From contig CAZVYX010000018.1 in NCBI GenBank assembly GCA_964631725.1, positions 28,679 to 92,678 of the forward strand: DNA of 64,000 bases, in the 5' to 3' direction. Origin of the DNA: an uncultured Rhodospirillaceae bacterium (lineage in GTDB: Bacteria; Pseudomonadota; Alphaproteobacteria; GCA-2731375). Shown in pieces: positions 56,132-64,000 of this stretch (the first letter of the stretch is position 1; the number at the start of each line of letters is the position of its first letter). The notes below the pieces were generated by a model. It saw nothing but the letters and a program-made list of their open reading frames with translations, did no database searches and was not told the DNA's origin. A program made the translations under genes and the position numbers.

Positions 56132-57358
56132 TTAATTGAGCTTCCCGAGCCATTCCGATAGCGGCTGCCACAGGCCGCTCCTGCCGCGACGGCCCACCAC
56201 CATACCGATATGCCCCGCCGCCGGTCTGATAATGTCCGCCCGGGGAATGGCATCCGCCAGGGCTTGCGCCGATGCCGCCGGCACGATGCGGTCGTTTTCG
56301 GGGATCGCCGCCAGTACGGGCAGGTTCAACAGACCGGGATCCACCGCATGGCCATCGATCAGCCATGCCCCCCGCGCCGTCGTGTTGCCGCCATACCAGC
56401 CCTGCAGGCAATCCCGCGCCACCTGGGCCGCCAGGGGTACACCGTCATTGACCCAATCTTCCAGGGCCACGAAATGGGCCGCCTCCGCCCCGTCGGGATC
56501 AAGGCTCGCGAAATGGCAAAATTTTCGCTGCGCCAGGCCAGGGTCCAGGGCGGCGAACAGCGCCTGCAAGACGTCCACGGGCAAGGCGCCAAAACCCTCC
56601 AGCATGCTGTCCAATCCGGGCACCATGACGTCGATCCCGGGCCATTGCTGGTCAGCGGCGTGAAAATCCCATGGCGTGGCCAACAGGGCCAGACCGGACA
56701 ACGCATCCTGGCGCTGTTGCGCCAGGGCCAGGGCCAGATCGCCGCCCATGCAATATCCCACAAGGGCCGGCGGACCCGGCGCGGCGTCGTCCACCACCTC
56801 CAGGATGACCCGCAGGCGCGCGATGTAATCGCTCAGGGAAAATTTCAACTCCGCCTCGCCAGGCGCACCCCAGTCAACCAGGAAAGGCCGATGTCCCTGT
56901 TGGCGCAGCCAGTCCAGCAGACTACGGTCCCGGGTCAAATCCAGCACATGCGCCCGGTTCACCAGTGAGGGTACAAACAGGCAGGGCCGGCCCGCACCGC
57001 CATAGTCCAACAGCGTCGTCGTGCCTTGACGCCAGATGGCCTGGCCCACGCTCCAGCTCCGATCCGGCCGTGCCGCTTTCTGATAGGCTTGCACGCCGGC
57101 CAACATGGTGCTCAGGCGGGATTGACACTCCGCCGCGACGGCCTGAAATAATGCCGTCGGATCACTTCGGCTCAGTTCCGCCGTCAGTTCCGCCGCCGCC
57201 GCCGCCAACTCCGGCCGCCAGGGCAGCGAACCGTTCCGCGCACTCGGCAAGGCGGCGAGCGAACTCATCATCCCCGCCATCGCCGTCGACAGATGCAGGC
57301 TCAAGGGCCGCGGCCCTATCCGGGGCAATTCCGCTTGCGGCTTCGTCTGCGTCACCAT
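56132..57358 (-). CDS. PhaC-like poly(3-hydroxyalkanoate) synthase (short, class III-like alpha/beta hydrolase)
   Basis: VPSLVNR..LDL, VDWG, lipase box GYCMGG, NDRIVP, GHIG; AGGAAGG before ATG 57358. Confidence 0.8.
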   Translation of the reverse strand: MVTQTKPQAELPRIGPRPLSLHLSTAMAGMMSSLAALPSARNGSLPWRPELAAAAAELTAELSRSDPTALFQAVAAECQSRLSTMLAGVQAYQKAARPDRSWSVGQAIWRQGTTTLLDYGGAGRPCLFVPSLVNRAHVLDLTRDRSLLDWLRQQGHRPFLVDWGAPGEAELKFSLSDYIARLRVILEVVDDAAPGPPALVGYCMGGDLALALAQQRQDALSGLALLATPWDFHAADQQWPGIDVMVPGLDSMLEGFGALPVDVLQALFAALDPGLAQRKFCHFASLDPDGAEAAHFVALEDWVNDGVPLAAQVARDCLQGWYGGNTTARGAWLIDGHAVDPGLLNLPVLAAIPENDRIVPAASAQALADAIPRADIIRPAAGHIGMVVGRRGRSGLWQPLSEWLGKLN

Positions 57359-57530
57359 TGCGCACGCCCTTCCTGTTCTTGCCCGGCAAGTCCCCCGACA
57401 ACACCTGTGCCAAGATACTCGCCGCCTCTGCCGCGGCCGCGCCTGCCGTGCCGGTGCCACCGGCGGCGAGCTGTTGCTGCCACAAATCCAGATATCGCCG
57501 GGCCAACGCGGCCAACTCAGGCTGTTCCAT
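57162..57530 (-). CDS. Small hypothetical protein overlapping the phaC-like gene (possibly PhaE-like)
   Basis: LARRYLDLWQQQL N-terminus and coiled-coil DEFARRLAECAERFAAL; divergent from phaR. Confidence 0.55.
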   Translation of the reverse strand: MEQPELAALARRYLDLWQQQLAAGGTGTAGAAAAEAASILAQVLSGDLPGKNRKGVRNGDADEAASGIAPDRAAALEPASVDGDGGDDEFARRLAECAERFAALAAGVGGGGGGTDGGTEPK

Positions 57531-57590
57531 TTCAGCAATATAACGCCGCGCCGCCACAGCGGCCAGAGCGGCGCCACGGCGCGGTCATGA

Positions 57591-57623
57591 CGCAATGCAA
57601 CAAAAATCTTGCGCACTGCAATA
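57591..57623. promoter_or_regulatory. Putative PhaR operator(s)
   Basis: CGCAATGCAACA and CGCACTGCAATA resemble the rhizobial PhaR motif TGCRNYGCASMA, located between phaR and the phaC-like unit. Confidence 0.5.
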
Positions 57624-57699
57624 TATGCGCGCCATATTAGGCTTTCATTCACCCTCGGCCAGTAACAATAGGGTCGATTACGGGTCTGGTGGGGCAGGT

Positions 57700-58332
57700 A
57701 TGGTTGATAAGTCGAACAGTGCCGATGATACGATTGTCATCAAGAAGTACGCCAACCGGCGGCTCTACAATACCGCCACGTCCAGCTATGTGACATTGGA
57801 TACCTTGTGCACCATGGTCAAGGACGGTCAGAACTTCGTCGTCCAGGATGCCAAATCAGGCGATGACATAACCCGCTCCGTCCTGACCCAGATCATCTTC
57901 GAGGAAGAGAGCAAGGGGCAAAACCTGCTGCCCATATCCTTCCTGCGCCAACTGATCGGCTTTTATGGCGACAGCCTGCAAACCATGGTGCCGGGCTATT
58001 TGGAAAGCACCATGTCCGCTTTCGCCCACAACCAGGAACAAATCCGCCAGCATCTGCAACAGAGCATGGGCGATGGTAATCCGTTCCGCCAAATGGAGGA
58101 ATTGGGCCGCCAGAACATGGCAATGTTTCAACAGGCCATGGGTATGTTCACGCCATTCGCCAACAAGGCGGCCGATGGCGACAGCACACAACTGCCCGGG
58201 ACGCCGTCCGCGCCGGAGACGCCCAAACATGCCAATCACGGCGATGCCGGCGGCGGCGAGGAATTGGACCTGTTGCGGCAACAATTGGCGCAGATGCAAC
58301 AGCAGTTGGATAATCTTTCCAACAAAAGCTAG
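57700..58332 (+). CDS. phaR: PHA synthesis repressor
   Basis: IKKYANRRLYNT, DITRSVLTQII, FLRQLIGFYG. Confidence 0.97.
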   Translation: MVDKSNSADDTIVIKKYANRRLYNTATSSYVTLDTLCTMVKDGQNFVVQDAKSGDDITRSVLTQIIFEEESKGQNLLPISFLRQLIGFYGDSLQTMVPGYLESTMSAFAHNQEQIRQHLQQSMGDGNPFRQMEELGRQNMAMFQQAMGMFTPFANKAADGDSTQLPGTPSAPETPKHANHGDAGGGEELDLLRQQLAQMQQQLDNLSNKS

Positions 58333-58985
58333 GTCGAGGCGGCCGGCCCGGCCCCCGAGGGTCGGAAAATCAGGGATAGATTGCCCACCGGCATATCCAC
58401 CTGTTGCGCCAATTCCAGGCCATGTTCGCCGGCGGAGGCGACAACCCGGTCCAGATCGCGCAAACCCCAGGATGGATCCCGTGCCTTTAGGGATCGGTCG
58501 AATTCGGCATCGCTTTCCGTCGCTGGCCGGCCGTTCCGCAGGAACGGGCCGTAAAGCAACAACCTGCCATTGCCCGGCAGCAGACGACCGGCGCCCGCCA
58601 GCAGACCAAGACCGGCGGACCAAGGCGCGATATGGATCATATTGGCGGAGTACATCAGCACCAGATCGGCCGCGATATCGGAGACCGGCCAATCGGCCTG
58701 GCTGGCATCAATCACCCGCGCCGGCAGGATATTGTCGGCGCTGCTATCCCGCGCCGATGTAGACGCCCAGGCATCGATGCTGGCCAGGTTGCCGTGATCG
58801 ACATCAGATGGGGCCCAGCGGTGTTCGGGAAATTCCGGCGCGAACCAGGATCCGTGCTGGCCGCTGCCCGAGGCTATTTCCAGGATCGTACCAGGACCCG
58901 GCATCACCTTGCGCAGCACCTCCAGGATCGGTTCCCGATTGTTGTCGACGGCGGGCGCATAAAGGCGTGCGTCCTGTTCCCCCAT
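58329..58985 (-). CDS. DUF938 family SAM-dependent methyltransferase
   Basis: NREPILEVL, LEIASGSGQH, NMIHIAPW, YGPF, WGLRD. Confidence 0.92.
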   Translation of the reverse strand: MGEQDARLYAPAVDNNREPILEVLRKVMPGPGTILEIASGSGQHGSWFAPEFPEHRWAPSDVDHGNLASIDAWASTSARDSSADNILPARVIDASQADWPVSDIAADLVLMYSANMIHIAPWSAGLGLLAGAGRLLPGNGRLLLYGPFLRNGRPATESDAEFDRSLKARDPSWGLRDLDRVVASAGEHGLELAQQVDMPVGNLSLIFRPSGAGPAAST

Positions 58986-59002
58986 GGTCAATGCGATTAC
59001 CC

Positions 59003-59827
59003 CTAAAGCTTGCCGCCGTCACAGATCAGCACCTGGCCGGTGATATAGTCCGACTCCGGCAGGCACAAAAGATAGACCGCGCCGGCAGCCTCTTCCACAT
59101 GGCCGGGCCGGCCGAGGGAGATGCCCTGGTACTTTTCCCTGGCCATGTCGGCGGGAAAGCCGACCTTGTACTGCCGGCCATGCACTTCGATTTCCGCCGG
59201 CTGTCCCTCGAATTCCTGGGTCAGGCGGGTTTCGATAAAGCCGAAGGCCACCGCGTTGACGTTGACGCCGTAGCGGCCCCATTCCTTGGACAGAGTATTG
59301 GTCATGCCCACCACGGCCATCTTGCCGGCGGAATAGGCGACCTGGGTGGCGGAGCCGAGTACGCCGGAAACAGACGAGATATTGACGACTTTGCGCTGCA
59401 CCACCTTGCCTTCGGCGGCTTCGCGTTTGGCACTGCTGCGGAAATGCTCAGCCGCCGCGCGCAGAATGCGGAACGGCGCCGTGGCATGCACATCCAGCAT
59501 GGCCTGCCATTGCTCGTCCGTATTGCGCTGGATCGTCGTGTTCCAGATATAGCCGGCGTTGTTGACGATGATGTCCAGGCCGCCCAAGCCATCAAGGGCG
59601 GCATCGACAATGCGCTCGCCGAAATCGACCGCCGCCACGTCGCCGTTGCAGGCGATGGCGCGGCCGCCGGCCGCCGCGATCTGCGCCAGGGTATCCGCCG
59701 CCGGCTCGTCATCGAGATCGTTGACAACCACCGCCGCGCCCGCACCGGCCAGCTTCAAGGCGATGGCCCGGCCGATGCCCCTGCCCGATCCGGTAACTAT
59801 GGCGACCTTGCCCTGCAATACACTCAT
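59003..59827 (-). CDS. SDR family oxidoreductase (3-oxoacyl reductase-like)
   Basis: TGSGRGIG, NNAG, YSAGK, AFGFIETRL. Confidence 0.92.
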   Translation of the reverse strand: MSVLQGKVAIVTGSGRGIGRAIALKLAGAGAAVVVNDLDDEPAADTLAQIAAAGGRAIACNGDVAAVDFGERIVDAALDGLGGLDIIVNNAGYIWNTTIQRNTDEQWQAMLDVHATAPFRILRAAAEHFRSSAKREAAEGKVVQRKVVNISSVSGVLGSATQVAYSAGKMAVVGMTNTLSKEWGRYGVNVNAVAFGFIETRLTQEFEGQPAEIEVHGRQYKVGFPADMAREKYQGISLGRPGHVEEAAGAVYLLCLPESDYITGQVLICDGGKL

Positions 59828-59828
59828 C

Positions 59829-61517
59829 TCAACTTTCTCCCTGCCTGGCCAGTGCGGCCTCGCGGATCGCCGTCAATGTCGTCTTGGAGGTGATGGCCTC
59901 CGGGTCCGTCCGCAGCTCCAGCACCGCGACCTTGTCGGCGGCCAGGGCCCGGTCCAGGGCGGCGGCGAAATCCTCGCTGCGTTCGACAATCTCGCCATGG
60001 GCGCCAAACGACTGGGCGTAAGCGGCGAAATTGGGATTGCGCAGCTCCGTCGCCACCTCCCGGCCCGGATACTCCCGCTCCTGATGCATGCGGATGGTGC
60101 CGAACATGCTGTTGTTGATGACCAGATAGATCGGCTTCAGATCATACTGCAGGGCCGTCGCCAGTTCATTGCCGGCCATCAGGAAGCCGCCGTCGCCGAC
60201 GAAACACACCGTGGTGCGGCTGGGAAATACCAATGCGGCGGCAAGTGCGGCCGGCACGCCATAGCCCATGGCGCCGTTGGTCGGCCCAACCTGGCTGGGA
60301 TAAGTCGAAAACGGCAGATAACGATGGGCCCAGCCGGCGAAATTGCCGGCGTCGTTAGCCACCAATGTGTCCTTGGGCAGGCGTTCGCGCAGCACGCGGA
60401 GGACATCGGCCAAATCCAGGTCGCCCAAGGTCGGCTCGATCTCCACATATTCAAGATAATCTTGGCGCGCCGCGCGCAAATCCCCGGCCCAGGCGGAGCC
60501 GTCCACCGGCTCGAGCGCGGCGGCGGCGGCGGCAAAGGCCGCCATGCCCGCATTGATCGGCAGCACGGCCTGATAAACCCGGCCCAGCTCGCCGGCATCG
60601 GGATGGATATGGACCAGGGGCTGCTGCGGCACCGGGATATCCAGCAGGCTATAGCCCTGGGTCGTCGTCTCGCCCAGACGCGGACCGGCCGCGATCAACA
60701 GATCGGTGTCCCGCAAACGGGCGAGCAGCGCCGGATTGGAACCAATGCCGACTTCGCCGACATAGTTATCGTGATGATTGTCGAAGCGGTCCTGATTGCG
60801 GAAGGCACAGCAGACCGGCAGGCCATTGGCCTCCGCGAAAGCGGTGATATCGGCCACCGCGCCGGGCGTCCAGGTGCCGCCGCCCAGCATCAGAACCGGC
60901 TGTTTCGCCGCCGCCAGCATGCCGCGCAGTTGCGCCAAGTCGTCGGGACCGGGATGGGCCTGGACCCCGCGGTAGGCCCTGGCATCGCCCACACCGGCCA
61001 ATTCGCACAGCATATCCTCGGGCAGGGAGAGCACGACCGGACCCGGCCGGCCGGAGGTTGCGACGTGAAAAGCCTGGCTGACCAGTTCCGGAATTCTCGC
61101 GGGATCCTGTATTTCCGCCGACCATTTGCTGACCTGGCCAAAGAAACGGCGAAAGTCCATTTCCTGGAAAGCCTCCCGCTCCATCATGGAGCGTCCGACC
61201 TGGCCGACGAACAGAACCAGGGGCGAGCTATCCTGAAACGCCGTATGCAAACCAACCACGGCATGGCAGGCGCCCGGTCCCCGGGTCACGAAACAAATTC
61301 CGGGACGGCCCGTCAACTTGCCGTAGGCCTCGGCCATATTGGCGGCGTTGGCTTCGTGCCGGCAGGTCAGCAATCGGATCTCCGGCGCGTCATGCAGGGC
61401 GTCCAAGGCCGCCAGATAGCTTTCTCCCGGCACACAAAAAGCCGTATCAACGCCGTGAATTTTCAATTGATCGACCAGTATCTGGCCACCGGTACGCATG
61501 TTGGAGCTGTTAGGCAT
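59829..61517 (-). CDS. Thiamine-pyrophosphate-dependent enzyme (acetolactate synthase large-subunit-like)
   Basis: VPGESYL, CRHE, TRGPG, AFQE, GDGGFLM..NN TPP motif; start could be 61499. Confidence 0.92.
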   Translation of the reverse strand: MPNSSNMRTGGQILVDQLKIHGVDTAFCVPGESYLAALDALHDAPEIRLLTCRHEANAANMAEAYGKLTGRPGICFVTRGPGACHAVVGLHTAFQDSSPLVLFVGQVGRSMMEREAFQEMDFRRFFGQVSKWSAEIQDPARIPELVSQAFHVATSGRPGPVVLSLPEDMLCELAGVGDARAYRGVQAHPGPDDLAQLRGMLAAAKQPVLMLGGGTWTPGAVADITAFAEANGLPVCCAFRNQDRFDNHHDNYVGEVGIGSNPALLARLRDTDLLIAAGPRLGETTTQGYSLLDIPVPQQPLVHIHPDAGELGRVYQAVLPINAGMAAFAAAAAALEPVDGSAWAGDLRAARQDYLEYVEIEPTLGDLDLADVLRVLRERLPKDTLVANDAGNFAGWAHRYLPFSTYPSQVGPTNGAMGYGVPAALAAALVFPSRTTVCFVGDGGFLMAGNELATALQYDLKPIYLVINNSMFGTIRMHQEREYPGREVATELRNPNFAAYAQSFGAHGEIVERSEDFAAALDRALAADKVAVLELRTDPEAITSKTTLTAIREAALARQGES

Positions 61518-61638
61518 CTTGGCAGGGTCTCGCAAAATGAGGTGGTGAGGTTTTGAAGGGAGCATTATTGTAGCCCATCACCGCCCCGGAAACGAGGGCG
61601 GAGACAGGCGGAGCAACAGACAAACAGGGTGTGGCGTA

Positions 61639-62538
61639 ATGAGTGAGTTTGTACCGATTTACCGGGGCGGCGTGAATGCCTGGGAATGCGACGTCATGGG
61701 GCATCTTAACCTGCAGTTCTATGCCGCCAAGCTGTCCGAGGGTCTGGGCCATCTGTCCCTCACCCTGGGCCTGGCCCCGGATCAGGGTGCGTACTTGCGC
61801 CTCCGGCATGCCTTCAGCCGCTATCTGGGCGAACTGCATGCCGGCGCCGTGCTGGATATTCGGGCCGGCGTACTGGCGGTGCAATCCGACACGATCGATA
61901 TACTGGCCGAAATCGTAAATGCCGAAAGCGGCAAGGTATCGTCATCGTTCGAGCTGCGGTTCGACAATTTTGACCCCGAAGCCCAAGAAGCCATGCCCTG
62001 GCCCGACGAGACGCGCCAGCATATGACGGCGATGATCACAGAACGCCTCGACAATCCCCGGCCAGCCACGGTCGGTGGCCCGGTGCCTGAATATTCCGGT
62101 TCCCTGACGGGGCCGTTCGTCTCCTCCCGGGGCACGGTGGATAGCTGGAATTGCGATGGTCAGGGCCGGATGTCATTCCAGCAATATTATGCCATCGCCT
62201 CCGACGGCATCGGCACCGTCCGCCACCGCATGGGCATCACCCGCGATGTCGCCAAGCTCAATCAATGGGGCGGGGCGGCCCTGGAATACGACGTCCGCTT
62301 TCATGCCCCGATCAGCGCCGGCGATATCTACAGCCTGCGCACGGGCCTTATGAACCTGGGCGACAAGACCTTCCGCGTCGGGCATCAGTTCATCAACGAC
62401 AGCAGCGGCGAACTGGCCGCGACCTTCGACATTGTCGCCTGCATGTTCGATCTGAAAGCCCGGCGCGCCATGACCATCCCCGACGATATCCGGGCCCAAG
62501 CCGAAACCCTGATGATCGCCTGGCCGCCGAAGCAATAA
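61639..62538 (+). CDS. Double hotdog-fold thioesterase family protein
   Basis: VNAWECDVMGHLN and a second repeat VDSWNCDGQGRM. Confidence 0.85.
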   Translation: MSEFVPIYRGGVNAWECDVMGHLNLQFYAAKLSEGLGHLSLTLGLAPDQGAYLRLRHAFSRYLGELHAGAVLDIRAGVLAVQSDTIDILAEIVNAESGKVSSSFELRFDNFDPEAQEAMPWPDETRQHMTAMITERLDNPRPATVGGPVPEYSGSLTGPFVSSRGTVDSWNCDGQGRMSFQQYYAIASDGIGTVRHRMGITRDVAKLNQWGGAALEYDVRFHAPISAGDIYSLRTGLMNLGDKTFRVGHQFINDSSGELAATFDIVACMFDLKARRAMTIPDDIRAQAETLMIAWPPKQ

Positions 62539-62553
62539 TATTTTTTCGGAGCG

Positions 62554-63321
62554 CTACGGAGTTTTTCGGCTGCCCCGCCGCCGCGCCTTCCGTGAAAGCG
62601 CGGCCTTGATCGCCACGAGATCACCATCAAGTGCCGCATGGCCGTGCCACCACTGATAGTCGGGCGATTGGTGCCCGACGCCGAGGCGCAGGTTTCTCAT
62701 GGACCGTGCGCGCATGGTCTCCAGCAACCGCCCGATCTCCGGTGGCGGCTTGGGGCCGGCGGCGGTGACGGCCTCCGCCAGTTTCATATGGGCGATCCCA
62801 AGCATGCGGCGGCCGGCGTCGAACATTGTCTCGATGTAGCGTGACGAATGGCAATCAGCACACGCCGTCTGCAACACTTCGGTGGAGAGCAGCCGGCCGT
62901 GCGTGCCGTCATGCATGTGGCAGTAGGCGCAGGTCGGCGCCCGATAGTTACCCTCCCTAAGGCCCTGCGACCAATCCCAGCGCGGAGCCTCGAGGCCGGC
63001 AATGACCCCGTGTTTGGAGGTGATATAGCTGCGCGCCACCGCGCCCTGTTTGCCGCCGTGGCAATCGATGCAGCTTCCGGACCGGCGCGCCCGCGCGCCC
63101 ACCGAGGCGTGGCGTTGGCCGTGGCAGGTGCGGCAGCCGGATTCCACCGCCGCGCCATGGGGACCGCTCCGCCAGGCGGCCGCCGCCTCGGCGTGGCAGC
63201 CGGTACATGCGCTATCCGTCAGCAGCTCATCGCCTGGCAGCTCCTTCGAAGCCGCCGGCAGGCTCCAGACCAGCAGCACGAGCAGTGCCGGGAGCACTTT
63301 CAGGCCGCTCCCGGTCATCAA
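62554..63321 (-). CDS. Periplasmic pentaheme cytochrome c, HAO family (reduced heme set)
   Basis: Signal peptide; CTGCH, CRTCH, CIDCH, CAYCH, CADCH; SKHG, WDW..L, APTCAYCHM, GVGHQSPDY. Confidence 0.85.
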   Translation of the reverse strand: MMTGSGLKVLPALLVLLVWSLPAASKELPGDELLTDSACTGCHAEAAAAWRSGPHGAAVESGCRTCHGQRHASVGARARRSGSCIDCHGGKQGAVARSYITSKHGVIAGLEAPRWDWSQGLREGNYRAPTCAYCHMHDGTHGRLLSTEVLQTACADCHSSRYIETMFDAGRRMLGIAHMKLAEAVTAAGPKPPPEIGRLLETMRARSMRNLRLGVGHQSPDYQWWHGHAALDGDLVAIKAALSRKARRRGSRKTP

Positions 63322-64000
63322 TTATGCTCCCGGTTATGATCAGTATAGGGGCCGTGCAACCACAGCGGCCTGGGGTCGATACGGTCGCCACTTGCCCGCT
63401 CCGCCCGGCCGAGCCCCCGCAGCACACCGGCCTCCCGGCGGATGCGTTCGAGATCGCGTTGCAGACGCTGATGGGCCGCGTCGGAAAACTGCCTGGCGCC
63501 ATGGGCCGCGCCCTTATAGGCCGCCAGGTTGTCGAAGTACCACATCTCGAAATAGCCGCGCTCAATGCCCGAGACATTGTAAAACGCCGAAGCCTGGCCC
63601 TCGTAAAAGCCGATGCGCGCGATGGGCAGGTAATCTTCCGACCAGTCCACCGGATAGGGCGGCCGTTCGCCGGCCTTGGGATACAACAGCCCGTCGCCGC
63701 GCAGTGCCCGCAACTCGTCCTCGGCCTGATACAACAGGCTCCAGGCGCGCGATCTTTCCTGGTCAAGGCCGTCGAGCCAGCGGCGCGCCTGCTGTTCGTC
63801 GTGACAATCGGCGCAGACAGCGACCCAGCGCCGGCGCTTGACCTTGTTCTCCGCCGTCTTCGGATTCACCTCGCGGATGCCGAACTTAAATATCGCCTTG
63901 TCGGCCACCTGATGTTTGCCGGCGTGCATGTGGCAATAAGCGCAGGTAGGAGCGGGATAGTTGCCCTTAGCGAGCGGTTTGGTCCAATCCCATTGCGCGC
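63318..64000 (-). CDS. HAO-family multiheme cytochrome c, C-terminal part (N-terminus outside window)
   Basis: Manual translation from the edge: AQWDWTKPLAKGNYPAPTCAYCHMH...WVAVCADCH...DGLL...ERPP...YFEMWYF...YKGAAHG. Confidence 0.85.
   Translation of the reverse strand, partial: AQWDWTKPLAKGNYPAPTCAYCHMHAGKHQVADKAIFKFGIREVNPKTAENKVKRRRWVAVCADCHDEQQARRWLDGLDQERSRAWSLLYQAEDELRALRGDGLLYPKAGERPPYPVDWSEDYLPIARIGFYEGQASAFYNVSGIERGYFEMWYFDNLAAYKGAAHGARQFSDAAHQRLQRDLERIRREAGVLRGLGRAERASGDRIDPRPLWLHGPYTDHNREHN

Overview
GC-rich chromosomal region of an alphaproteobacterium, probably Rhodospirillales-like (inferred from gene order, CtrA boxes and GANTC clusters). Mostly core genes: dnaE, ispDF-pgpA-cinA, secG-pyrG-kdsA-eno-ftsB-pdhABC-lpdA-lipA-ratA, tpiA/ppiD, lipB/fliN-like/tRNA-Leu(GAG)/mgtE and a phaR/phaC-like/phbB locus. 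Catabolic genes are interleaved: SDRs, an LLM oxidoreductase, a carboxylesterase, a single-chain acyl-CoA carboxylase, a Co-type nitrile hydratase and a LiuR-fadH-acyl-CoA dehydrogenase unit. I found no CRISPR array, prophage, integrase or rRNA. The most notable items are: (1) a tandem pair of hydroxylamine-oxidoreductase (HAO)-family multiheme cytochromes at the right edge, one a pentaheme that appears to lack the catalytic heme; (2) a PhaC-like synthase overlapped for 197 nt by a small, possibly PhaE-like ORF; (3) an apparent inversion of the secG-ratA block; (4) a 97-bp RIME/BRU-RS-like palindromic element supplying the ppiD stop codon; (5) an internally deleted IS630; (6) a nitrile hydratase with no adjacent activator and a 16-bp tandem duplication over its stop codon. 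All product calls come from motif recognition, not database searches.
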